NCBI RefSeq assembly: GCF_030028105.1
Contig: NC_092384.1
Span: 17,367,629-17,431,628, forward strand
Source of the DNA: Mobula birostris
Lineage: Eukaryota
Direction of reading: 5' to 3'
Length of the DNA: 64,000 nucleotides
The notes under the pieces: generated by a model
The model's input: only the letters and a program-made list of their open reading frames with translations
What the model was told of the DNA's origin: nothing
Databases searched by the model: none
Translations under genes and position numbers: made by a program
Shown: positions 52,201 through 62,849 of the stretch, in pieces
Layout: every line of letters starts with the position of its first letter
Numbering within the stretch: the first letter of the stretch is position 1

Positions 52201-53180
52201 CCATCCAGCCCTTTTTCAGCAACACACATCAAAGTTGCTGGTGAACGCAGCAGGGCAGGCAGCATTTCTAGGAAGAGGTGCAGTCGACGTTTCAGGCCGA
52301 GACCCTTCGTCCTGGCCTGCTGCGTTCACCAGCAACTTTGATATGTGTTGCTTGAATTTCCAGCATCTGCAGAATTTCTGTTGTCAGCCCTTTTACAGAA
52401 TGGGTTTCCCAGTCTAGGTGGGGAAAATTAAAATCTTCCACAATCACAACCTTGTGCATACTACAAATATCTGCTGCCTCCTTAACAATTTGCTCCTCCA
52501 ATTCTCGCTCCCCATTATCTGGTCTATCATGCACCCTGTAAGCTTTACTATACCTTTCCCATTCCTCAATTCCATCCAAATAACCTCCCTAGACGAGCCC
52601 TCTAATCTATCCTGCTAAAGCACCGCTGTAATATTTTCTCTGACAAGCAATGCAACACCTCCCCGTCTTACTCCTCCGATGCTATCACACCTGAAGCAAC
52701 GAATTCCAGGAATATTTAGTTGCCAATCACACCCCTCCTGCTACCATGTTTCACTAATAGCTACAACATCATATTTCCAGGTATCTATCCATGCTCTAAG
52801 CTCATCCACCTTTTTTACAATGCTCCTAACATTAAAATAGAGGCATAAAAGTAACTCTCCACATCTTACTTTCTGTTTATCCCTCATGGTGCAAACAACT
52901 TTATTATCTTTTTCTTCCTTCTACCCTATATCTTCGGTCAGTGCGCTCCCCTTCTCTGTCTCCTGCCTACCCCCCCCCCCCCACCAAACGCAATGCCTAC
53001 TAGCTTTCTCTATTTGTGAATTAACCTTCTCTCTCCTAGTCGCTTCAATTTGACTTCCACCCCCAAACATTCTCGTTTAAATTCTCCCCAGTAGCTTTCG
53101 CAAATCTCCCCGCCAGGATATTGGTCCCCCTCGGATTCAAGTGCAACCTGTCCTTTTTATACAGGTCACACCTGCCCCAA
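49253..53180 (-). mobile_element. CR1 LINE (ORF1 3' end, ORF2 fragments, tail) with nested insertions
   Basis: RRLRRDLIEVFK, GVSQGAVLGP..YADGTK, NYLPVGLTSVVGKLME, EDFNFPHLDW, WGRCDLYKKDRLHLNPRG. (AACCATAT)n tail. Confidence 0.88.
52217..52384. mobile_element. Palindromic Penelope-derived short insertion
   Basis: ~40-bp inverted arms (aacacacatcaaagttgctggtgaacgcagcagg / cctgctgcgttcaccagcaactttgatatgtgtt). Flanking direct repeat cagccctttt. Confidence 0.7.
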
Positions 53181-53316
53181 AAGCTAATTTTACAGCTAAT
53201 TTTCAGCAGCAAACCGTGAATGTATATGAAAGAGAAGAGCACTGATTTTTTTATCATCAGACATTTACTGATCAATATTCAAACACAGCGGTGTTATCGC
53301 GAGAACATGTTGCGAT

Positions 53317-53322
53317 TTTATT
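53317..53322 (-). promoter_or_regulatory. Candidate polyadenylation signal (AATAAA) of the receptor gene
   Basis: tttatt on the plus strand, about 480 nt downstream of the stop codon. Positional argument only. Confidence 0.3.
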
Positions 53323-53804
53323 CACATCTTCAAATCTATATTTCACTCGGTGGAACGTTGACATAAGTGAGCAAGAATAACTGCTCTGCTGGCGTTTTTT
53401 ACCCTGCAAATGAAGTTTCTCTCGCTGGTGGATGACGAATTTCTGATTTTTTTTTCATACTCTGAGGACTGCGGATGGAATATCTTGTTGGTGGGTCGGT
53501 ACTTTAGGCAAAGTAGGTTTGTATCATAGAATGATCGGGGACTGTTCAATGGTGATTCTCACGGGGTAGAAAAGATAGAGGCTTATTCCCCATCTCATTC
53601 TGTAGTTTCAGACTTTTATATTTTTTTTCCTGTGATAATCGCTTCCAACAAATCAAAGATGAAATTGATCTCTAATCTTCCTAACTTATACATGTGATAT
53701 CGATTAACAATCTTTGTCTGGATGCAAGAAATGAAAAGAAGCAATGCCTGGGGTCTGCACTGATTGATAGTCTATAGCTCTGCACTGCAGTTAGATTCTC
53801 AGCT

Positions 53805-53936
53805 TCACAGTTTCTTTGATGTATTCACATCAGAGTACAATGTATGTTGGTTTTGATGTGTGGATCCTGAGGTGTTCTTGGAATCGGGAAGCTGCAGAGC
53901 AGCGTAGGTCAATTTGTCAGCTCCATTTCTTTTAGT
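53805..53936 (-). CDS. Terminal cytoplasmic exon with ITIM (LTYAAL) and ITSM (TLYSDV)
   Basis: Acceptor gaaatattttcacag, phase 0, 43 codons plus TGA. LTYAAL at 53912-53895; TLYSDV at 53843-53826. Confidence 0.85.
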   Translation of the reverse strand, partial: TKRNGADKLTYAALQLPDSKNTSGSTHQNQHTLYSDVNTSKKL

Positions 53937-56900
53937 CTGTGAAAATATTTCAAAATCAGTGGTTAATCGAGAATCCCTTGAGTTGAGCAAATTGAATCAA
54001 AAATTGTAGGGTAACTTAGTGATGCACTCATAATTTATCAATTTTAGATTTCTGCCGTTTTGCACAGACTTTATGTCAACATTGTTTCAAACTTTGCCTT
54101 TTTATTCATACGGTATTTCAACTCCAAGAACCTGTGTTATCTCACTGAACAATCAGCTCTCTTCCCTTTCTTAACATGAACTTCAACAAAATCTAAATGG
54201 GAGAGTAGGTAACTCCTTGAAGCAGGAGGTATGGTTCAAAATATTTCGCTAACTCAAAATACAAGCACATCATTGTGTTATATGTATCCGATTGCTGCAA
54301 GCTGTTTAGTCTATAGACCTCACGGTGTTTCCTCAGTCACACCTGCCAACAGAACTCGAAATGCACACAGACACTGTCATCAGTGGATACCCAACAACTG
54401 ATAGAATGAACGTTGGCACTTTGTTCATTCCTGCGCTATGGTTACTGTTTTGTCACAGTTCGGTATTTCCAAGAAAAACACCAATGTTCGGTTGGATCAG
54501 TGTTCCTCTGTTATCAGTTATTTGTGTTCATTATGGAGCTGATAATGGGCGTTGGAAAGGATGTCTATTCCCAGATTCATGCTTTTTAGTCTTTCCTCGT
54601 TTGCAAATTACATATGAAATTAAATTCATGAAAGCAAGGGAAGAAAGATAATCTCGAGGGATTCTGCAGGAATGCAAAGAAAGATGCTGATGTAATTCAT
54701 TAGGTAAGGCAGCATGTACGAAGGTAAATAACCAGTCAATGTTTCTGGCCGAAACTCTTTATCAGGACGGCAAAAGAAGGAGTCAAAAGCTAGAATAAGA
54801 AGCTGGGGAAGGAATATAAGATAACAGCTGATAGGAGAAACCATGTGAGTAAAAAGGTGTGTGGATGATGTGGGGTGGACTGACGTAAAGCTGGGAGGTG
54901 ATGAGTGGAAAAGCAAAAGGGTGCAAGAAGAAATCTGATAGGAGGAGACCGTGGACCCTGGAAGAAATGGAAGACGGAGGGCGACCAGTGGAGGTGATGG
55001 GGAGCCACAATTCGGAATAGAGAACAAAGAGTAGGGGAATGATGAAATAAGTATCAAAAGTTAGAGAGATCAATGTTCATGACTTCTGGTGGGAGTTCAC
55101 AGGTTGGAGAAAAAATGTGATGATATTTCGAGGGTGTTCGTTCGTAAATGGTACAGTGACAAAGGTCTGCTCAGGTCTGTAAATTTAACCTCCTTTTGGA
55201 TAATGTATATATATATATACTGGAATCGGTTGTTAGGAATGAGATTAGGGAGTACCTCGAGGCATAACACAAGATAGGCCAAAGCCAGCATGGTTTCCCG
55301 AAAGGAAAATCCTGCTTGTTTGACCTACTGAAAATTTTTGAGGAAATTACAAGCCGGAAAGACAAAGGAGATGCGGTATATATGGTGTACCGGGATTTTC
55401 AGAAGGGCTTTGGCAAGATGCCCTGTATGAAGCTGCTTAGTATGATAAGAGCCCATGAAATCACAGCGAAGTTACAGGCATCGGTGAGGCACTGGCTGAT
55501 CGGCAGAAGACAGAGAGTGGAACAAAGTGCTCCTATTCTGGCTGGCTGCCGGTTACCAGCGGAATTCCATAGGGGCTGGTGCTGCGACCGCAGATTTTAT
55601 TATGTATTTTTATGAGTTGGACTACGGTATTAATAGATTTGTGGCTAAATTTGTTGATAATACAAACGTAGGTGGAGGAGCGGGAAGTGTTGAGGAAACA
55701 GAGAGCCTGCAGACAGACTCAGGCAGTTTGGGGGAATGGACAAAGAAGTAGCAAACATAATACAATGTTAGAATGTGTATGGTGATGCACTTTAGTGAAG
55801 AAATAAACGTGTAGCCTATTATTTAGATGGGGAGAGAATGCGAAATGCAGAAATCGAAAGGGACCTGGGCGTCCCTGTACAGGATACCCGAGAGGTTACC
55901 CTCCAGGTTGAGTCGGTGGTGAAGAACGCGAACGGAATGTCAGCATTCATTTCGAGAAATATAGAATATAAGAGCAAGGATGCGATGTTGCGACTCTATA
56001 AGGCACTCGTGAGACCGGACTTACAGTATTGTTTGCAATTTTGGGCTCCTTATTTTGGAAACGATATACTGACGTTGGAGAGAGTTCAGAGAAGATTCAG
56101 GAGAATGGTTCCAGGAATAAAAGTGCTGGCGTAACACCATTACGCAATTACGCAGCAGTAATCTAGGTTGAATTACCGTACCCGACTAAATGGTGTGTTT
56201 CTTCGTTTTCCCATGACCGTATGATTTTCTTTGGGAGCTCGGGTTTTCTCCCACATTGCAAAGACGTACGGATATGTTGGCTAATTGGTCACATGCGTAT
56301 AATTGGGCGGCACCAACCAGTTGGGTTGGACGGTTCTGTTACAGTATAACAATTACAGCACGGAAACAGGCCATCTCGGCCCTTCTTGCCGAACTCTTAC
56401 TCTCACCTAGTCCCACCGACCTGCACTCAGCCCATAACCCTCCATTCCTTTCCTGTCCCTAATATAACCATATAACCATAGATAAGCGTTATATCTCTGA
56501 GGCAAATTCATATGTTATTGATTGCAATCTCTCTGCTCTACCTGAGAATAGATAATGCGCTCTTCTTTTTGAAGACCTTTGCGAAATACTTTGCTCTGCC
56601 TCATATTTAGTGGAGCATATTCAGTCGTGTGCTCAACCGCAGCTTGTTCAGCCTGTGAGAAAAAAAAAACATATTTAATGCTGATAACTGATACAAAGGT
56701 CAGTGATCATGAACTAAGTTTGATTCGGAATACCGAATAATAGAAAAGGATTAAAAAATGGTTGGAATAACATTTTGTCCGCGTATAGTGATATTTTCCG
56801 TATGTTATAGCGGAAGTGGGATACCAAAACCATAATATGAGGAATTCTGCAGATGCTTGGAAATTCAAGTCATGACGAAGGGTCTCGGCCCGAAACGTCG

Positions 56901-59900
56901 ACTGTACCTCTTCCTAGAGATGCTGCCTGGCCTGCTGCGTTCACCAGCAACTTTGTTGCGTGTTACCAAAACCATTTCACGCTGGAAGTCGCTACGTTTA
57001 CTTTAGATTTCCAAACAACCACTTATAACCATCCTATCAATCGGATGGGTTTCTCAGGCCCGGCCATCTTTTTTTTTTTTACATCTCTTCTGTCATATCC
57101 CTTACGTCCCTCTAAGTTTTGTACATGGGCTTTATCTAATATGTTTCACTTACGCGCCCCGCCAAACTATTATAATTATTGGCATAACCAGATTTCGTAC
57201 CCAAGGTGCAATTAGAATCTGTGACCCTTCAAACTTGCATTATCTCGGTTGACAACATTGGAACAAATGGCAAAACCTGATGTACTGTTCCTGCCTGGCT
57301 TAACCGAGGTAGCAAATACGGGAGGGGCATCTTGCCAACTGTTGAGCTTATTAGTTTTGCTGGTGAATCAATAAAATTCGAATTGAAATAAGTAGAACAG
57401 TTGGACGTGCCAGTTACAGTAAATCGGTATAACAGCATTTGTTTTAGCTGAAATAAAGGCATAGCATTCTTGAGCAATAAAGCATCAGTAAAAAAAAACT
57501 TGAACGTTTCAGCTTCAACTTAGATATTACTTTCAGAAGCGCTCCTTAATTCAGGAAGTTCTACGAACGCTGATAGACATATGACAATCTTTTTTTGCTG
57601 ATAAGAAAACCTGCTGCACCTGTTATCGTTATGTAAAGTAAAAACATGCGCTAAAATTGGAAAGGTGATTAATGGAACACAAAAAGACGTTTCGAGTTCT
57701 AGTTAAATGGGTATACAACCGATAAAGATTTAATATATGCTAACGGAAGAATCCAGCTGGGACAAATTTAATAACATTGAATTGCTGGAACTCTGAAGTA
57801 AAACAAACAAATAAATCACACAGTAGATCAGGAAACATGAGAGCAAAGAGAAAAAAATAACGTTTATGTTGTTTTCTGGGCAGGGGTGTTCAATCTGAAA
57901 GGACAGCGTTTTCTCTTTCCCAGGATGTCCTTAAAGATTTTTAATTTTGGATTAAACCCAAAATGAGAGATGACAATACGTTTATAAGTTTCAGGCATTG
58001 TTTTCAAAATTGAGGAAGATAATCATTCAGCATAGCCTCGTGGAGTCGGAGGTACCTTGTGGAGTTTCGTTAACATGTGGTATCACTGCACGGTTAATTG
58101 GAAGCATATTCGATTCCATTGCAGGTTAATCAGTGCTGTGTAGATCTTTGTTGAGAATCGGAGTTAAAAAGTTCATATGATTTTCCAAAACAATATTTCG
58201 TTGCGCTTCGTTGCATTTTTAATTTTGCCTACTGTGCGTTCAAATTAAATGTAACACATATTGCGAAATGATTCATGCGGGTACTGTATTTCCCCATTGA
58301 TTACTACACCGCGATTCTCGTAAACCGACATTTGATATATACAATATCTCAGTCTTAGATTTGTATTTAATTCTACATCACACGACGTACGATTAACAGC
58401 CTACATTAGTATATACTACCGTTCATCTTAGTGCAACCGGTTGTGAACTGGTGTGGAATCCTGAAAGAAAAAAGGAAGCAGATGCAACAGGAAAATTCAA
58501 ATACAGCTTGAATATATACTTCAGAGTAAAGAGTTCTCAGAGAGATTCATTCTTCCTTCCCACGTTTCAAATGTTAGAACAAAATAAATTTGTAACATCT
58601 CTGCTATACGTATACGTCACTCTGAAAGTAGACGAGCCACTTCACCTACCGGCTCTTCATTCTGACATCTGTCCAAAGAACTTGTGCTAATCCCTTAAGA
58701 AAAATAAAATAAATTATTTGCATTGTAAAGATTGGACATTATTCGTTTGCTGCCAATCGGATTCATCGCATTAGAGGAACTGCTAAAAGTACGGATCTTT
58801 CAGAAAGCATGTTGTGGTATTGTTGTCTTAATACTGTGCATCAACATTATGGCACTATGTTCAAGAGTCTACGATATTTAACGAAGCTGAGAAGTGATAA
58901 TAGCATATGAGTGGCTATATTACATTTAAATACTGTCGCTAAAGTGTAAATTAAAACAAATGAGACATTGACGAGTTCGTCAGTTTTCTTCCCACAGTCA
59001 CAGTAAGCAATAGACCTACGCCAAGTTGCTTACGCTTCAAAATATAGATTTGCCATTGCATTCAAAACTACATTTGCGGTATTCCAAAGGGATATGACGG
59101 CATTTATGAGCAAGGTACAGCATGTAAATACAGCGCGTGGACTGGTAAAATTATTGGATTTTAAGGTCCAGCTTGTGCTGTGCCTGATGATCATCAATGT
59201 AATCAGGTTTTATCATTACAATCTATGACTAATCATGTAATGACATATATTCTTTTTGAAGTTCAATTTATTTAGAACATCTATTATGCACGAATCGCGG
59301 TGATATTTCTCAGCGATGAGGGCTCTTACCGTGCAATCTCTTTAACTTGATTTTCACCAAAACTATTATCAGAGCTAAAATTGCCGATCCGCCCACTGCA
59401 CATGCCAGAATAAATTTAGTTTCAACGCCTTGTGGATCAACGGGGGAAAAGAAGAAACAGTGAAGTATTTATACATCTAAAAAAATGCACACATGAGAAT
59501 CAACAATGCAAAATATTTTATAGGCTTCTTTCAAATTTCATTGCACAATATCGGAAAATATATCATAATACAGGAAATGTAAATTCCCACAGTTGTTATA
59601 TCACGATGAGATATAAAGTTTAAGTTTTGCTTTGTCATATTTTGGGCAAATGTTCAGAAGTGTGCAACCTTACAAATACTGCACGAATTCAATTTCTTAA
59701 TTCGTCCTACACAATTTAAACTAACGGAATAACACATTAGTGTTTGAACAGGTTTCACGTTGAATATTCTCTATCAAATACGAAGCTTCATAATTAGTCA
59801 TTCTTTCGTGTTTGTGTTGCTGTTCAGCTATTGCATTTACAAGGTCACATTGACCCCAGCACCATGAATTGTAAGCGCTTCCATCTTACATTGAGCGCAA

Positions 59901-60326
59901 AAGATTCTGAACATGCTGAAATCCAGAGAAACACTAAAAATCCTGGAAGAACACAGCCGATAAGGCAGATCTAAAGTTTCAACGTTTAAGGCAGAGGTCA
60001 AAATTCATAACTTCATCAAGACACCATCTTACCTTGCTCTTGGATGTAGCTGAAACTGGCAGGCACCGTGAGGGAGACATGCGACACCAGACAGGTGTAA
60101 ATATCTTTTCCCCAAGGAGACTGCGTGATTTCCAATAAACTAAATACTTCGTACAAGCCGTCCACGCTCCGGTTTGTCACACTTTCTATTCCAGTGCGAA
60201 TTTGCTTGTTATTTCTTTGCCAAACGATTTCTAATTTCTCCGGGTAGAAGGCAGCCGTTTTACAAAGGAGCTTTCGAGGAGACGAAAACCCTCCAACAGG
60301 AACGATTTCCAATGGAGTAGGAGGAA
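53805..60326 (-). CDS. Partial multi-exon gene: Ig-superfamily inhibitory receptor (C1-set domain, TM, ITIM+ITSM tail), SIRP-like; 5' exons not found in window
   Basis: Four GT-AG exons join in frame (phases 1-1, 1-1, 1-0, 0-stop): (V)PPTPLEIV...LLCKTAAFYPEKLEIVW...YTCLVSHVSL...QEQ G VETKFILACAVGGSAILALIIVLVKIKLKRLH G ISTSSLDRCQNEEP TKRNGADKLTYAALQL...HTLYSDVNTSKKL*. Confidence 0.85.
54650..55085. mobile_element. Old Penelope-derived repeat
   Basis: Minus strand gtcctgataaagagtttcggccagaaacattgactg is a degenerate form of the PLE ctgatgaagggtctcggcccgaaacgtcgactg motif. Confidence 0.5.
55200..56134 (+). mobile_element. CR1 ORF2 RT fragments
   Basis: KFVDNTNVGG; RLYKALVRPDLQYCLQFWAP..LERVQRRF. 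Confidence 0.8.
56150..56340 (+). mobile_element. V-SINE (HE1-like) fragment
   Basis: gagctcgggttttctcccacattgcaaagacgtacgg...ggctaattggtcac resembles the V-SINE central domain. Confidence 0.55.
56841..56964 (+). mobile_element. Penelope-derived repeat with a minimal hammerhead-ribozyme-like motif (56868-56903)
   Basis: AGTC-ATGACGA-A-GGG tctcgg CCC-GAAA-CG-TC-GACT. Core C3 is replaced by A. Confidence 0.6.
58650..58693 (-). CDS. Small cytoplasmic exon (44 nt, phase 1-0)
   Basis: Acceptor ttattttatttttcttaag, donor CCG|gtaggt. Encodes (G)ISTSSLDRCQNEEP. Bridges the TM phase to the terminal exon phase. Same length and splice sites in two paralogs. Confidence 0.75.
59330..59428 (-). CDS. Transmembrane exon (99 nt, phase 1-1)
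   Basis: Acceptor ttcttttcccccgttgatccacaag, donor G|gtaaga. Encodes VETKFILACAVGGSAILALIIVLVKIKLKRLH: uncharged hydrophobic span followed by a basic stop-transfer segment. Confidence 0.88.
60033..60326 (-). CDS. Ig C1-set domain exon (294 nt, phase 1-1)
   Basis: Acceptor tttgtttttactcaag, donor G|gtaaga. C1 motifs LLC, FYPxxLxIxW, DGLY and YTCLVSHxSL ([FY]xCx[VA]xH pattern). N-glycosylation sequon NRS. Confidence 0.93.
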
Positions 60327-60566
60327 CTTGAGTAAAAACAAACTTATTTTGAGTATTTTCGATCCATTTCAGTGCAGGTAGATTGCTTTATCTCCCAGAC
60401 AACTGGCATGACACTCAACTATAAAATTAGTTACCCGCCACTATTAACCAGTATTTAATAAATTCTTTCAATTTCACGTTCTGTTTATTGTTGCTCAACC
60501 GTACACACACATCACTAAGCGAAACATTGTTTTTTCTGGGGCCAAGTTGCGAAAGACAGTACAGTA

Positions 60567-61940
60567 CAGTGGCATGCAAAAGATTGGGCACCCCTGGTCA
60601 GAAATTCTGTCACTGTTAATAGCCAAGCGAAAAAAAGATGACCGTTTTTATCACCAGCTAAGAGTCCTTCAATTCTTGTTTGGGGGTTTTCGCCCATTCT
60701 TCCTTGCAGAAGGCTTCTAGTTCTGTGAGATTCTTGGACCTCTAGTATGCACTGCTCTTTTGAGGTCTATCCACAAGTTTTCGATGCTGTTTAGGTCGGG
60801 CGACTGTGAGCGCCATGGCAAAACCGTCAGCTTGCACCTCTTGAGGTAGTCCATTGCGAACGTTGAGGTGTGTTTAGGATTATTGTCCTGCTGTAGAAGC
60901 CATCCTCTTTTCATCTTTATCTTTTTTTTACAGACGGTATGATGTTTGCTTCGACAGTTTGCTAATATTTAATTGAATTCATTCTTCCCTCGACTAGTGC
61001 CATGAGCTGCAGCACAAGCCCAAAGCACGATCGATCCACCCCCGTGCTTAACAGTTGGAGAGGTGTTCTTTTCATGAAATTCTGCACCTTTTTTTCTCCA
61101 AACATACCTTTACTCATTACGGCCAAAAATTTATATTTTAACTTCATCAGTCCACAGGACTTGTTTCAAAAGTGCATCAGCCTTGTTTAGATGTTCCTTT
61201 GCAAACCTCTGACTGAAGTTTGTGGTGGGGACCCAAGATAGGTTTCCTTCTGATGTCTCCTCCATGAAGGTTATATTTGTGCGGGTGTCGCTGCACGGTA
61301 GAACAGTGCACCACCACTCCAGAGTCTGCTAAATCTTCCTGAAGGTCTTTTGCAGTTAAACGGGGATTTTGATTTGCTTTACTAGCAATCCTACAAGCTG
61401 TTCTCTCGGAAAGTTTTCTTGGTCTTCTAAACCTCAACTTGACCACCACCGTTCCTGTTAACTGCCATTTCTTAATTACATTGCCAACTGTGGAAACGGC
61501 TACCTGAAAACGCTTTGCTATCTTCTTATAGCCCTCTGCTGCTTTGTGGGCATCAGGCAGGTGCTTCGAGGAGCCCATGGCTACTGATTATTGGGACAAG
61601 GTTTGAGGAGTCAGAGTATTTATAAAGCTTTGAAATTTGCATAACCTGGCCTTTCCTAACGATAATTGAGAACAAGCCATCGCCCTAAAAAGCTAATTAA
61701 GGTCTGAGAACTTGGTAAAATTTCTTGTGGTGCCCAAACCTTTGTATGGTGCTCCTTTCCTTTATTTTAGCTCTAAAATTGTACAAATCAAAAATAATAC
61801 ACCAATCTTGCCTAAAATGTTGAAAAGAATGTTTCCTCTTTAACTTTATGACTTTTGGAGATCAGTTCATCTTCTGCGCACTTAACTATTCACAGCAACA
61901 GCAACTTTGACCGGGGTGCCCCAATATTTGCATGCCACTG
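60567..61940 (-). mobile_element. Tc1/mariner DNA transposon (decayed), in the intron upstream of the C1 exon
   Basis: TIR cagtggcatgcaaa..gggcaccc at both ends; TA on both flanks. Transposase fragments GYKKIAKRFQVAVSTV..RPRKLS, LQQDNNPKH, WRSQSPDLNSIENLW. Confidence 0.92.
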
Positions 61941-62849
61941 TATATATAGTCACACAGAACACATGGAGTTACCATCCAACAGAGACAGTCGCAAAATAAA
62001 CAAAATGAAATACAGTCAGTTTGGGAGACGGATGAAAGAGTTCAGAGAATACACCTCGACGGCGAAGCTTAGAGGTCCGAAGTCAGGAGGACGTTCTCTT
62101 TTGAATGGTATTTGAGCTTTAATGCACAGTTGGGTTTGCGCCGGGCGTTAGCTTTGAAAACCTGGGTACGTATGGATTTTTTTTTTCATTTCGTATCAAG
62201 ACTGAGCTACAAAACCCAAAATATCACATATTTCTATAGTACGAATGCACATGGAGATAAATATTCTGGCAGCTCAACTGCTCAGGGAGTGTTGCAGATC
62301 TTGCAGTTGAGCTCCATAGTCATAAACATCCAGTAATAGAGCTTTCCCCAGAATGTGAACCATTCCTCCAACAGTTCCCCGTGTTGAACGTGGCAAATCA
62401 TTGCCTCGTGAAACAACCAGGAAGGCAAATGCAAATCGATATTAAGCGCATTGATTCTATAGATTTATCTTTCTAAAGCGTGAAGACCTGCAGAAAAATG
62501 GTTGACAGTGAATTGGCACTGCTACAGGATTGCTTGTGGAAATAATACCTTGCATAGGGTCAAAAAGGAACTGAATAACTTCAATTTAACCATACTCAGA
62601 GCTTACTAAAACTTGAGCCCAATTGTAAGGTTCTGTAAAACATGGACTTCTTCCGCTACAGCTTTAGTCGGTGTCTAACAGGGGAGATTTAGTAGTTCCT
62701 CCTATACTTCTTCCTATAGATGCTGCCTGGCCTCTTGTGTTCCACCGGGATTTTGTTTGTTCTGCTTGAATTTCCAGCATCTGCAGATTTTCTCGTGCCT
62801 GACATTTTACTAGTTCGATTGCTTTCTCTGTTTATCACAGCAGTTAGGA

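Noticed and set aside
54406-54462. Signal-peptide-like plus-strand ORF MNVGTLFIPALWLLFCHSS followed by gtattt
   Set aside because: Phase 0 weak donor, no downstream plus-strand Ig exon found, and it lies antisense within the receptor's last intron.
60033-60326. Ig, TCR or MHC constant-region gene of a rearranging locus
   Set aside because: It is followed by a TM exon and an ITIM/ITSM tail. No J segments or complete heptamer-12/23-nonamer RSS were seen by eye; isolated heptamers (e.g. ~19244, ~20659) and a nonamer (~20381) lack partners.
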